This document shows positions 38,431 to 53,749 of a stretch of 64,000 bases of DNA, one piece after another (position 1 is the stretch's first letter; each line of letters begins with the position of its first letter). The position numbers were made by a program, and so were the translations under genes. The DNA lies in NCBI GenBank assembly GCA_002104945.1, contig MCFH01000008.1, positions 124,001-188,000 on the forward strand, read 5' to 3'. A model generated the notes under the pieces. That model saw only the letters and a program-made list of their open reading frames with translations, had not been told where the DNA came from and did no database searches. This DNA comes from Piromyces finnis finn (lineage: Eukaryota; Fungi; Neocallimastigomycota).

Positions 38431-40335
38431 AAGCAAAACTTTATTGAATATTTAATATATATATTCTTCAAAATTGATAGTAGTGATCAAATAAACGTTT
38501 TGGATCCAAAAATTAATAATGAAATAATATATGAAATGAAGAATTTAACTGGTATAATTATTTCCATTTATTATTCTTTTAGAAATATAATCTTTTTAAA
38601 TATTTAATATAATTTACTGGTTTTAATATAATATTCATAATTTTAATTTTTGAAATATATATATATATAGAGAGTGAACACCGAATAATGATGCTTAATC
38701 AAGTAATTATAATAATTCATCATTTTTTAATTTTAATTTATCAATATACAAAGTTCAAAAAAAAAAAAAAAAAAATTAAATACTTTTTTTTTTTTAAATA
38801 TATTTTATAAAAGGATTTAATATATACCTTCCCAAATAAACCAACTACGATAAAATTCTCAACAAATATGGGTAATGCCATATCTTGTATTGATAATAAA
38901 AACAAACTATATATATATAATACAGAAACATCTTCTTGTCAAACTTTGGATGAATTGCCAACAGAATCTACTGTTATGGAATGGGGAAATAAGTCAGATT
39001 CTATATTAAATATTGGATTAAAAAATAATACTATTAGATCTGTAAATACTATAACAAAATCTTTCAAGGATATTCAAATTTTAAAGTAAAATAATTTATA
39101 TATAATGTCATTATATATAAATTAATGAATATTAACCTTTATATTTAATATTTATCAATAGTAATTTATGTACGGATATAAAATATTCAAATAATAACAA
39201 TGACTATATTTATACTATTTTGAAAAATCCAAATGAAACTAATATTAGTTTAATAAATTTAGAAGAGGGTATAATAGAGGTAAGACCATTGTTTTTAATA
39301 AATCCATCAATTTTTATTGTTTTTATTGGTATCTATTAGTATTAATGTATTAATTTTCCACCATTCAATGTTAATAGAAAGTATTATATAAAGAAGAAAT
39401 ATCTGATACTAATGGTTTCCTAAGAATTAATGATAACTCATCATTATTAGTGTATGGAAACGAAGAAGGATTAATTCGTTTATTTGGTAAAGTTTTATTA
39501 TATAAAAGCGTTTTCCATTAATAATAAAACAAATCATTTATAAATATATATGTATATAATTTTTTTTTCATTATATTCAAACTGTTTAAAGATTTAAGAA
39601 TACACAAACAAGTATCAAAATTCGAAGTAAATGAACCTATTGTATCTTTATTTATTAAAAATAATGATCTTGTCTGTATAAATAAAGAACATGTAATTTA
39701 TCATATTCTTAAAATTTAAATCAATGTTGTATAAAATATATATATATATATAAATACAACTTATTTTATTATTAATAGATGGAAAAATAATTAAATTTTA
39801 ATTTTAATATAATATATAAACTTAAATATAGATTTCTAAATGGAATATAAACTATAGTGATAATAATAATTTGAGTGATTTATATATAGACAAATTACAA
39901 TCATCAGTTTCAATGAAATCATTACAATCCTCATCCTCATCATCTTTATCTCTAACAAACTATCCATTGTCTTTACAATCAAAAGTTAAATTTAATATAA
40001 ATTCACCGATAGATAGTTTATTATATAAAAACATTTATATAAATTCCAATATGAAATATCTTATGTTACCAAATAACGAGGAAAAACACTTGTCTATTTA
40101 TAATGTAATTAAACAAATATATTTTATAATATTCATATTTATGAAATAGTCATAATTAATTTAATAATTTTTTTTTATATATTATAAATGAAAGATTAAT
40201 AATGGTGAATATGAAATTTCTTCAGAGAAATTTACTTCTGATATTGAATGTTATGATGTAAATCAAAACTTTACTCAATCCGTGGTGGGTTGTTCAGATG
40301 GTTCTATATACTTGAATAAATGGCTTTATGTATAA
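36754..40335 (+). CDS. WDR91: WDR91 (SORF-1-like) endosomal WD40 protein, many exons
   Basis: METIDELIKEYLLFR/GFFNTFRNFDLESKNDRDKGFK/AELVVEQL...FWKYLDNRFF...EISLLKYY...EW.HNWF/AIPFIKKPETNPLFKIYFSKQWLETFTSSLTNFL matches the WDR91 N-terminus. The C-terminal beta-strand repeats are divergent; the stop is TAA at 40333-40335. The start codon and 3' exon model are less certain. Confidence 0.85.
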
Positions 40336-41081
40336 TTTTTTTTTTTTATTAAAAAAAAAAAAAAAGGAAAATAATTATCAAACTATTATGATCATAGTAA
40401 ATACTAATTATATCAAATAATCATATTTTCATAAGTTTTATATGATGATGATAAAATAAAAATTAAGAAAAAAAAATTATTGTAGTAAATATTAAAAAAA
40501 AAAAAAAAAAAAAAAAGAGGATAGGAGAACAAAAGTAGCATAATAATTCAATTTTATAATTATATATAAATAAATATGATTTTAAATTATATCCCATTCA
40601 TTTTAAATTATTATTATTTAAATAAAACAAAACAAAAACAAAAACAAAGAAAAAACAAAAACAAAAGAAAAGAAAATAAATATATATCTAAAAATATAAA
40701 ATAAATAAAAAATATTTATAGATTTTATAGAGATGTATCGCTTTTTTTTTTTTTTTTTATATAATATGACTATATATAAATATAAATTTATTTTTTTTTT
40801 CTTAAAATATTTTTAAAAAATTTTTTTGATAGTATTTTTTTTTTTTTTTTTTTATTATTATTTTTTTTTACATAGATGTAATTTTTTTTTTTTTTATTTT
40901 TTTCTTTTTATTGAATTAATATTTTCGAGTAATTTATATATTGGTTATAAAATAGGTGCAATGAAAAAAAAAAGTATATATACCGCATTTTTAGTTTAAA
41001 AACAAATATTAACAAAATAATATAATAATGTATAGATGTATAGATATTTTTTTTTTTGTCTATTAATGATTAATAAATCAT

Positions 41082-44000
41082 TTATTTTACTTCAAGCAAA
41101 TTAATTTTTCCTGAAAGATGTCCCAAAAATAGTTTTTTCTCATTACTTGTTAACGCTAACGCTACTACATCTTTATAGGATGAATATTGATAGATTATAT
41201 TAAAACTATATATATGTTTCATATTTATTTATTAATAAAAAATTAGTTATTTTTATTATATATATATATTTAGTTTTTAATAGATAAATTAAAGAAAAAA
41301 AAAAACATACTCATATAAATTTAGTAAAAAGACACCATTTGTATCTGCTATTATAAGATGTTTTTGATCATTTGTTATTAAAAGACTTTTAATTTCATGG
41401 TCTTTATAAGATTCCATTAATAACTTTCCATTAACACTGTAAAGTTGAAGTAAATATTGTTTCTAATAATAGATATAAATTTTGAATAAAATTTTAATGT
41501 ACTGTAATAATTTAATTATTTTGGAATACCTATATTTTCTTAATTACCTTTGTGTAATTTATGGCAAAAACAATTATATCGGCATTATCAGTGATATTTA
41601 TAGATTTAATAGTAATTGAATTATTTTCGGCTTCTTTAAATGGTTTAAATGAATGAAGGAATTTTGCTTCTCTTAATGTATAAATAATACATGAACCATC
41701 CTTGTAAAAGTATAATTATATTTTTAATAATTATTATATTATTTTTATAATAGAAAAATAATAATAATAAAAAAAAAAAAATTTTTTTTAATATATAATG
41801 TATAGAATTTCGTGGTATTTACCTTTGATCCTGTAACAATAATATCATTACTGGAATCAACAGCTAAAGCAGTAATTTCATTATCATGACCATAATATAT
41901 CTTTTTAGATTCTGGTTTTATGATGGTATTATTATTATCATTATTAAAACTACTATTATTAATGTTATTATTGGACATATCAATTTCCCATGAAATGACT
42001 GTAGTATCTTTAGATCCAGTGACAATAAAATCAACATTTTTAGTAATAGCAACGGCTGTTACAATATCAAAATGACCATAAAGTGGTGAATATTGTGTTT
42101 CATCAAAGGTATTTACAACTAATGAATTATCCCAATAACCACCATTAATAATACTTAATTTATTGGCTAAGGTTGCAAAGCAGCTTGAATTATTGCATAC
42201 TCTACCAGAATTGGAGGATAATATTTTTCTATGTTGATAATGGGAGATAAATAATAAAGATTGAAATTTTATATTAATAATAATAAATATAATGATAAAA
42301 TTATAATGAAATATTTTTTGAGTTTAATTTCAATTATTAAATAGTTACGAGAGGTATGTAAAAAAAAAAAAATAGTATTAGTATTTATTCAAAAATGTTT
42401 ACCTAATAAATAATGAAGGTTTTGCGGGATAGGCATTAATAGGTTGATCTATTAAAGTATATTGTCCACATTCTTCAACATATATTAATCTTTCAACTTC
42501 CGAATATGGATCCTTATAAATAAATAATTTTAGAATTGGTGTTTTTTCTTGTACAATATTTTTTTCAATCAATTTATCAAAACTATTAATTAATGTAACT
42601 TCTGCAACTGCCGGATTACGTTTTGGATGAGGCTTTGTTAATAATTGAGGTGGTGTTTGTCCAAAGTTATTAATTTGATCTTCAATACTTTTTTTCTTAA
42701 TTGGATCTTTGACATGATCTATGTCAACAGCTCCTTCATATGTTAAATAATAAAATACATTGAATGCTTTGACTGCTTCTTCACCTCTTTGTTTATAACC
42801 CCAAATTAAATCAATCCAATTATTAATATTATTAGATACATATTCACTTTCAAGAGCCTCTCTTTGTATTCTAATAAATTCTTCTGGTGTTTTAGCCCAT
42901 GGTGGTAAAATAACATCATCTATTTCTTTTCCAATAGCATTGCATTTACCCAAATCAAAATGATTCTATATTAATGAAAAAAAAAAAAAAAAAAAAAAAT
43001 TTAAATTTTTTGAAATTAATTCATTTCAATTTAATTCAATAATATATTTATTAAAATATATATTTATAGGTATATATATATATTTTATTTTTATTATTTT
43101 TTTTTTTTTACTATACCATATTCACTAAAAATTCTGGTGTAGAAAAGAATTCTGGAATTAATTCTTTTACATCTCCTGAATTATTAATAACGGAATCCCA
43201 ACAATTTTGAAGAGAAAAGAATTGTCTATCTGGATGATCAAATTTCCCACTTTGTAATGCAATATGTAATGTTGTAAATGGTTCCATTCTAATCATATAG
43301 AATAGAACATTAGCAGCTGAAGAATAATGTGTACCATAGAAGAAAGGTTTGATATCATCCATTTCCATTCCCATTTCTTCAAAAGAGTAATATCTTTCTT
43401 TAAAGTGTTCTAATCTAGCTTCATTTAATGCACCGATAGGTTTTGATAAATCACGATAAATTCCAGGATCATTTAAATCAATGGTTTCAGATGTATAATC
43501 TTGAATAATCCTATAAAGTATAAAAATTAAAATCAATATTAAAATTATTAAAATTTATAATTATAATAAAATTCATATATAATATCATTGAATTTTTTTT
43601 TTTTTTTTTTTTTTTTTTTATATATTAATTCATTTACCATGGAAATACTGGATATTGAGTTAAATCATTAAAGGTACGACCAGAAATGGTATTTAAAAAC
43701 ATTATATAATCAAAGTTGGATATTTTTCTATTTTTCCACATTTCAGTAATATTATGGTATTTTTTAAAAACTTCACTTGGATTAGCAGCTTCTTTAAATC
43801 TTAAATTTACAGGGTGAAGATTAATTAATTTACGGAAGAATTTAAAACTTTCTTTAGAAATATGGAAATTAAAAAAGATATTCGTATGATCTGTAAAGAA
43901 GAATTCAATTGCACTTCTTTTTAATAAATAACGACGAATATATATATCAGAAATTTCATCCAATTTCCATTGACGATCTCTTAATAACTCATTTTCAATA

Positions 44001-47000
44001 ATCGGGGATGAGATAGTTCCTTCTTGTCCAGAATTGGTAATATTGGTAACTACTGCTAGAGGATTAAGGAAAAAGTAAAGATTCTTAGAAGTGAGTAAAA
44101 GATAACCACTAATAGTAGTGGTTAACATTACCAAATCACAATCTGCTTTAAAAACAACTTTTTCATCTTCTTTTTTTATGATTTGTTCAGAATTCAAATC
44201 TTCATTAGAAGTAAGAATACTCCATTGATCATTTTCAGAGATATCGTCTTCTAAATGAAAACTTGATGGGGTAGTAGAAGTTATGTTAGAATGATCTGTA
44301 TTATTAATACTACCTGTGTCATTAATGGTATATTTTTCTCTCATTTTTTCAAATTTACTCTTTTTTTTCTCAGTAGTTTTTGGTATTTTCAAAAACATAT
44401 CTACCGAATCATTCTTAACCCGGTCACGTTTGAAACTAGCATCTAAATGATCTTCAAATTCATAATTAGGAATTAACCTTCTTCTAATACGTTTAATATT
44501 TTCCGTGTAATCTAGTTTCCAAGTAAGTGTAGATCCAGTTTCAAAGAACCATAATCCTCTATCTCTCGACATTTCGTGAATTAATGTATTCCATTTCTTT
44601 TCAATAATTTTATTTCTATTATCATCCTTTGCTTTTGATTTAATAATCAATTCAATTTGTTCTTCCTTTAACTCATTCATGTTTTCATCTTCTTTTTTAA
44701 TACGAAGTAATTCTTTTTTTTCATTTTCATCAACCTTTTTACGAATATTTGTTATAATTTGACTAACCGTTTTTTCAAAGCTTCTACAAGAATCAAATAC
44801 CATACTATAACATGATTCATCAAAAGTTCTAATAGAAGGTTGGAAAATTTTATCATTACATTTTTGAATCTCATCTTCCATTAGTAACAATATGTAATCA
44901 CCTAAAGTAATTGATGATTTACCACTAAAATTATCATTAATTGGTGGCTTTAAGGATACTATAACGTTCCACCAGAGATTAGTAAATTTGTAATTAATAT
45001 TTAATAATTTATTGTAGAATAACTCTCTATCTTCTTTATCTTTAATATCATTCTTACACATGTCTAATCCATTAATTAAATGACCCAATGTTGAACAATA
45101 CAATGAATTATCCATCTTTAATTCATATTCTCCATTTAAAAGGGTTTGATAAGTTTTAATAATGAATTCCCAAACAACTTTATTGTAGATACCTATTCCA
45201 CTATTCAAGAATCGGAATAAAATTCTTATTAAACTATCATTTTTGGTGAATACTTTTGCTATTATATTCGCAGGAAGTGTATTTATTAAATTTAATAAAG
45301 CATTAATTAATATTTCACAGCTCTCCTTTGACTCTTCCCATGGATAAGAAATATTAAGTGATTCGTTTGTGACAACACTCTTTGATGGCATTTTCAAAAC
45401 TCTATTATCGAATATTGAAATATCAAAGAATGACTTATTAATATTTGGTTCTGTTTTCTTAATTTTATAGTAAATTTCTTTGAAATCATTATGATTAAAA
45501 AGCCAATCTTCTGTGAAATGAATTAAATGAATGATATTGTCATATTTAGCATGGGAATAAACATTTGTTTTTAATAAATCACCATTAATTTTTTGTAAAT
45601 ATCTATTTAAGATGGCTTTTACACCCGTAAAGGAATCTTCAATATGAATTGTAAAATAGAAAAATACGATATTATACAATTCTTGCCAAGATTTTGAATT
45701 TTCAAATGAAGAATTTAAAAGTATATAAAATATTTCAATGATCATATTTTCAATAATATTGGTATTGGTATCTTCATTATATCCAGCGTCATTTTTATAT
45801 TTATTGAATGCACCTTCGGGTATTAAAGAAATTAACAATTTTGGCCATTCTATATTTTTCATAAAAGCAAGACAATTCGATTTATTTATTTTAAATAAAA
45901 AGAATAAATTTTCTAAGAATTCCACTTTTAATACTTCAAATGAATTAACAAAACTTTGATTGCCTTCTTTTTTAGGTGACAGTATTGCATTTGATTCATG
46001 TTCTTCCAACTCTTCTTTTTCCTCCGGTAATTCATTATTTTGATCATATTTAGGTATTTGTTTAATAGTTTGTTCATTGATATTATTATTTACCGTTTCT
46101 TCTTCTTTTTCAAATTTCATGGTTTTTTCCATTTCTTCATTATTAATACTATTAGAAAATTCATCTTCTTCATCTGCAAATGAAATTTCCATTCTAAGAT
46201 CATCTGGAAGGATGGATTGACTATAATGATTTTTGGTATTTTGATTTGATACTAAATAAATTAAGAATTCCAAAACTTTAATATTTTTAATATCTGTATT
46301 TTTCAAATTTTTTATATTGATGTAGGAAAACCCATCGGATCCATCACTTAAGTCTTCTTCTATACTCATTTCAAAAAGTTGATAGCAAACTTCTGATGTG
46401 ATAGGAAATTCTTCTAATGACTGAATTAATAATATGGAATCATTATGTAGTTTCTCTTTCCATTTTTCATTAATATTATTCATTCTAAGCATATAATTAA
46501 TGATTTTAAGTGATTCTATTCTACATACACTATCACTATTTCTAATTAATTTAATAAAGAAATTGAGATGATCATATTTTATAATATTATTTATAACGTT
46601 TTTATCATTTTCATCAACTATTAATTTTTTTAATAATTGAAGTAATTCAGAAGAATGTTGATAGTCGATATCTAATATAAAGGAATCAAGAATTGCTTCA
46701 ATTTCTTCATAGGTAGAATCATTTTTAATAAATTGATATATAATATTTAAAATAAGTTTTCGAATGATCTTTAAATCCTCCATATTTTTAACATAATTAT
46801 AAATTTTATTTTCCTTAATTGGAATGTAGTAATAATGCTTTTCTAATATTTTAAGGAAATGACTAACTCCAAAGTGTTCTTTACAAATGGAGTAATGTGT
46901 ATTGATGTATTTTTGAATTGCTGAGTAATAGTATATTTGAACGTTTATTGAGGCCATCGCCCAAAGTCTCGGATTAAATAAAACACTACTTAAAATATTA

Positions 47001-50000
47001 TATTCTATAGACTCATCATTAATTTGTATAGCAAAATTTTCAAATAATTCAAATAATCTAATGGTTAAATATGAATAGTTAACGTAATTATAAAGTAAAT
47101 AACTCATTATAGGAAGAAAATAACTTGATTTAACTTTATTTTGATAGAATGAATCTGATTCGATTAAATGGATAATCATTTGAATGAAAGTAATGAGCCT
47201 TTCGTTATGTTGATCAATATCTACTTCAGTTATTGTTTTATTAGGTAGGTCAAAATTTTCATTTTTGTAGACAATTTCTAATGAATTTGGCTCCAGATCT
47301 ATTCTATTTAAGTTGGAATGAAGAAGTAATGGTAATAAAACATTAATTCCACCAAGTGAATGCAATATATTCCTCAGACATTTTGTTGATGTTCTCGAAA
47401 CTGAAAACAAGTATGCATGATTAACATTGATCGAATTATTATTAATTTGAAGATTGTTAATAATATCTACTGAATTAGCATTAAAAATTTTGAAAAGATA
47501 ATAATAAAGTTTATATGTATCTTTTTTTTCAAAATTCAACGTGTTATAACCATTTCCGTATTTTTTATTGAATAAAATATTCAATACATCTTCTTTTTTC
47601 TGATCACTATCATCTAATGAGTCTCGATCATAGCTTGTTTCGTTTTCATTATTATCGGTTTCAGAGGCTTTCGGGTGATAGCAAAGAATTAAGGATGAAA
47701 ATTCTTCAGGTTGTAGAATTTTTGAATATTCACTTAAAAATGACTCTGAATAAGCGATAGAATCTACCTTTGATTTTTCATCTAAAAGAGAATTAATATT
47801 TGCAATACTATTTTCATAAAGAATACAATTGAAAATATTAAAAGAAATCATTTGACCACAAAAAGATTGATATACATCTTGAATTGAAATTTCAGAAAAA
47901 GTATTGGTTCTTCCTTTACAACCAATATAGCTTTGTTGATAGTGACAACTTTTAGGATATTTGACTTTTGTTATTTTATTTAACCTTCCATCAATATATA
48001 AACTTAAATCTGAAGTGTTAACCCAAAGTTTAGGACTTTCGTGAACCAAAGCAATATGATACCATCTATTTGGTAAGAACTCATATTGATCTGATATACT
48101 ATAAGTATCTTTTTTATCATCTCGAGTGACGCTTATATATATTTTATTTTCAATGAAGAAAAGATCCAATCCATTCGTATTTCTATTATTTTTCCCTCTG
48201 GATGTAAGTGAAAAAATATGTGGACAATATTGATTTTGATTATCATAATCATTGAAATTGGTTACTTTATTGTTTTTGATGACAACCTTTCCCTTTTTGG
48301 TGACATTCATATACTTTGTATTTGTAACTCCTGAAGAAATTTCCTCAATATCAAAACTTTCTACTTTAATCCATGTCATAATAGTGTAACCTTCGGAAGT
48401 TGGCCAATCTTTTAATTCTGGAATGTAAATACCAGAATTTAAACCACTAAAATAGAAAAAGTCTGAATCAGTATTTTTTGTGGTCATGATTTTAAATAAT
48501 ATTTTAATAAGATTATCGTAATAATATGGAAGTAATAGTTTATTTTCTTCGCCTTCGTATGATTCTGGTTCAGTTTCGATATCATCAATTGAATTTTCTT
48601 TCTCTTTAACCTTAAACTTTGGATTTTTATTTTTCATAATAATATCCCATCCATTTAATTGACTTCTTGCCATAACCCTTTCTTTATTATCTTCGATGCT
48701 TCTTTTTTCATTCATTACATCAATTTGTCTTAACATTTTAAACATTTGTTTTGCCTCTGGAATACTTAAATTAAATGTAGAAATGGTATATATTAATTTT
48801 GTTATTTTATTTAACATTTCTTGATTACTGACATTTGGTAAAATTTCACTTAGAATCATACCTACAAATGATGCATTTGATAATTTCATTTTATTTATTT
48901 CATGAATCTCAGATAATTTTTGCATTTGATCGATAATAAAATTTTTACTTTTGAAATCAGCGTTTTTATAAATTTTAACAATGATTGGTAAAACATCAAT
49001 ATTTCTGATGACAGCTGGTGTATTTTCAACCCATAAATCATTCTCAACCAACATTCCAAATAAATAGATGATAGCCCCATCAAACTCTTTATATTTTTTA
49101 ATATATTTATAAATTTTTTCATAGCCATCATATGAATTTTTAAACACTTGTTTTAAATAATTATTACCAGATAAAAGTTCAGTTGTAGTTTTAATAACAG
49201 AAGATAATATTTTTTTGATATATATATTTAATTCACCGGTTATATTTTTACTATTAGTATTATTTTCATTATTGGATTCATTTACATTTTCATGCTCTGT
49301 TTCATCATGCGGACTATTAGTAATATTTTCTTCCATTGGATATTTATTTTCAATATCATTTACTTCTTCATTTGATTTATCGACTGTTGATTTTTTTACA
49401 TTACTTTCAAATGAATCAAGAATTGTATTTAATTCTTCCTTTGATATGTTAAATGGATAATTTAAAATAGTCTCTAACCGATCCATTAATCCTGATTCAA
49501 TTAAAATTATTTGAATAATTCTTCCTCTGGTATGATAAAGTTGAAATTGTCTTAAAAGTTTTTGAATACCATTTAAAAGACCAATAATTTTTTTATATTG
49601 CTTATATGTTGTAAAAGATGTTGGTATAATATTTATATATTTATTAATTAGATAATAAATTAAATGTTCATTATTCATTACAACCAAATTTTCTGATGAT
49701 ACATGAAGTACATTATTATTAATGTTTGTGGAATAACTGCTATTAGACTTAATGTTTGCAAGACTTAATCTTGAAGTAAGTGCCTTAAAAGTTTTACCTG
49801 AATATTTTTGATTATCTGAAGAGTTCATTGTTGTGGTAACATTAATCTCATCTTGAGTGGCAGCTAAATAACTTTTTATGCTTTCAATCATTGAAGAATC
49901 AATATTATAAAAGTATCGAGTTGTCGATACTAAAACATCTAATGATACCGCTTCAAATAATTTTAAAATATGATGAATTGCGAAATGGAACAAAGTATCA

Positions 50001-53000
50001 GAATAAGAATCATCGCTAAGGAAACTAAATAACATTTCCATGGTATTACTATCACTTAAAATGTATGATGTAATGTTGTTATCACCTGTAAATAAATAAT
50101 CTAATAACAAAAGTAAAGTCCATTTAATGGATTCTATTTTATTTTGAATATCAATAACTTGTTGCTGAAATCCTTTTGAAAATATAGAAGAATTAATTTG
50201 ATCAGAACTTGTCTCATTCCTTTTAGTTTCTTTTAATATATTAGAAAAAACAGGAATAAGTACTTTGAGGCAATCAATCTGACATAGGGCCTGTTGAGTT
50301 TTTATTTTTTGATGATAAATAATTTTAAGTAGAGCATAAACTACATCTTTTAAATCAACGTAATTATCATCACTAAAACCAATCATGGATATTAATTTAC
50401 GACAAATGGATATATTTGAATAGTCTTGGAGAGGTAATGAAGCTAAATATATAAATAAATTTAAAATAAGTTCGTTCATAAGGATATCCACTGTTTTTTT
50501 ATTTACAGCAACACCAGTATTGGGACAAGAACTAGCAAATGGAGTTTTATGAAGTCCAGAGATAATACTTATATATTCATTATCTTTATTTTCATTATTA
50601 TTTTTCTCTACTATAATTAAATTATATTTTTTATGCTTTTCATTTCCTAAATTATTATTATTTCTTTCATTGTCAATTGTTATTCTTAAAATAGGTTTAC
50701 GAAGATAAAAAATTTCTGAGAATAATACATCCCATATTCTTAAATCTTCACAAAGGTTAAGGCACATTTTATGACGAGACTCTGGAGTAACTAACGAGTT
50801 TTTTCCAGTATGAAAATTTTTATGATGATCTAATTTAAGAATATTATGGAAAAAAGAAATTATAAGAATTTTTAAAGTAGGTGAAATACAATCATCAAGT
50901 TCATCACTCAGGTTAGTAGGCTTAGAACTACTCTTTGTTAATGAGTCAATTGATCGTTTTAAATTCGTTGGATTAATATTAATTTGCATATTACTATTTT
51001 TATTTAAAGTAAAACCAATTAACGTTGTTATTATATATTTCCAGTAAAGATGATCAGTTTTTTCTTGGGTATCTTCATTAGAATAAATATTTAATTCTAA
51101 AGATATTATAGTAATTTTTGGGTTCGGTGATAATATGAAAGATAAATATATTTGTTGGAAAAGAATTGCCATGAAATAATATTGGTTTTCAATTATATTA
51201 AAAATAGGAATATTTAATAAATCAGTAGAATATTTCTTAAATAAATGTATTGATGAATTCAATTTCTTTTTATGATCAATATACTTTTTTTTAGTAAAAT
51301 TTTCATTAAATTCTTGGTGAAATTGTAGTAATTTTTCTATATAATCATAATTTGATTGTATTCCAGTGTAACAATTATATTGTTCTCTGCAACTAGAAGA
51401 TGAATTTGTAGTATCTTCATGTGAATTTATTGAAGGTGTTTGTTCATCAATATTTGAAGATGATGTTAAATCAGATAGTGTAGATAAAGATGAAATAGAT
51501 GTAAATGAAGGAGTAGGGGAGGAGTTTATATTAGAAAAATGCTCATTTAATTTATTCAAGTCATAGTTTTCTTTTGTTTTTTTATTCACCATAATATTTT
51601 GTGACCGTTGCAAAGGTATCATTTCTTTTTCGTTATAAGAATTTTTAGTATTATCTACATTTTTTTTTAATGTACTATCATTAATACTAGAAACATTTAT
51701 ACTATTTTGGAAAGTATTTTTAAAGTTAGAAACAATATTGGTGAATGGAAATGATAATGCCTGCATTTCATTCGATCTGATGTTTTCATTTTCATTTAAT
51801 ATATTATCATTTTCATTTGATTTTATATCATTTTCATTATAAATGTTGAAATGTTGTTCTTGTACAAATAATAAATTGCTAGGGTAGAACCTGAAAGATT
51901 GATGGTTATAGTTATTTGGCTTTGATGTAGAAAATATATTGATATGAGATGAATCAGAAGATGAAATTGAAATAAATGATTTAAAATGAGGCAAAATTGG
52001 GGATGAAACACTTTGATGTTTCTGAGACGGATTACATATATCAATATCTGAATTTAATTTAGAATCATATTTTGATTTAATATTAGTTACAAAATCAATC
52101 CATTCCAAAAGAGTAGTTAATGGATTTTTTATTTTTGACGCAATTTCTAATTTTCTACCGTATTGTTGCATATCCGAAGAAATTAAAAAATTAATAAGTC
52201 TCCACGAAAGAATTTGTACATGAAATTCATATTTAACATAATCCATCAAATTTGGATTATATTGACTATTTAAAATATTTTTATCTTCTTTATTTAAAAA
52301 ATATGGCCAATTAATATAATCAATTAATAATTGAAAACCTTCATGTTGGTCAAAAATCATAAGTAATCCTGAATTTGTCAGAAACATTTCACCAATTAAA
52401 CTAAAACATAACATTTTTATAGTATATGTATGTTGAATTAAATCCATACAATTTGTATTAACATCAAATTTAGTATTATTAAATTTATTTCTATCCGTAG
52501 AATCATCAGTAACACAAAAATCTATGTTATCATTGGATAATTTTCTTGAATGGGATAGCGTTTCCAAATCTAATGAATTTGGAGAACAGGAAATCTGCTT
52601 ATCCAATATATTTAAATTATTAATAGAAATTGGTCTATTAATTATAATGTTTTGATAATGTTTAATATCAATTAATAATTTTATTAAACTTTTTATTAAT
52701 TGATGTTTTTGTTTAAATGATATGGAGGAATGAATATTTATATTATCTTGATTATTATTTTCGGATTTCCAATTTTCAATATACCTTTTCCATGTTTGAT
52801 TATTATTATTATATTTTATAAATATAGCTAATATATATATAACACATTCATAAAGAAGATTATTTTCATTGTATTCAATTTGAAAATTAGTATTTGATAT
52901 AGGACTTTTATTATTATTATTTTTATTATTATTCATAATATTATGGAAAATATCATCTGAACTAAAATATTTAGTAATAATATTGTCCAATATAATTTGT

Positions 53001-53749
53001 AATGTAGATAAAATATCCATTTGATTTAATTTTTTCCTATTATCTTCAAATAATGAAAGTATTAATATATGAACAAATAAATTTATTATATATCTATTTA
53101 TTTTTATATGTTTTACAGATGCTAATAATTCTAATTTTTTTATTGCTTCATAAATAGCTATTACAGGATAATCTTTATACAATAATAATAATTCTTCATT
53201 AATTTCATTATTAGTTAATACTGCTGCATTACTTGTTGTTTTTGTAAAACAACTTGCTTCGTCGTTTATTCTAATTTCTATTATTGGAGTTGGGTCACTT
53301 GAACCATCATTACTGCTATATTTCTTTTCCTTCGAGTGAATGTCATCAAAATCTTTATCAAAATAATCATTTATGAAATAAAAAACATCTTCAATTTCCT
53401 TTTCGTCATTATTTTCCACTTCAAATTTATTATATAAATATTTATAGTTTGCATTAGAATACAAAATATTGGCTTCATGAAAAATTTTCTTAAATGCTTT
53501 TAAATAATTTTGAAATTCTTTTTGCTGAATAATTTTAAAAATGACATCTTCAGAATAATTTAATGTATTAAAATCATCACTTTTATTTTCTTCAAATGGT
53601 GTAGTTTCCAATGTCTGTTCAACATAATTTTGCCAAGCTATTTTTAAAGAATTATTAGAAAAGATAACCTCACTAATATCACCAAAATTAACTTTTCTAT
53701 TCTTTTTTGATTTTTGATTTACTTTAACAATATTTTTAAACCATTCCAT
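41082..53749 (-). CDS. Neurobeachin/LRBA/NBEAL-type BEACH protein (ConA-like, PH, BEACH, WD40), ~4000 aa
   Basis: A 10.1-kb first exon contains [33 protein letters not shown] (ConA-like), [33 protein letters not shown], a PH domain ([16 protein letters not shown]) and [34 protein letters not shown]. Spliced BEACH continues YGTHYSSA...[10 protein letters not shown]...[10 protein letters not shown]...LPPWA...[15 protein letters not shown]...FGQTPPQL, then WD40 repeats (GYWDNS, GHFDIVT, GHDNEIT) to TAA at 41082-41084. Confidence 0.95.

Noticed and set aside
41082-53749. Calling the BEACH gene WDR81
   Set aside because: It has ConA-like and PH domains before a C-terminal BEACH-WD40, and BEACH motifs of the NBEA/LRBA type; WDR81 has an N-terminal BEACH without PH.
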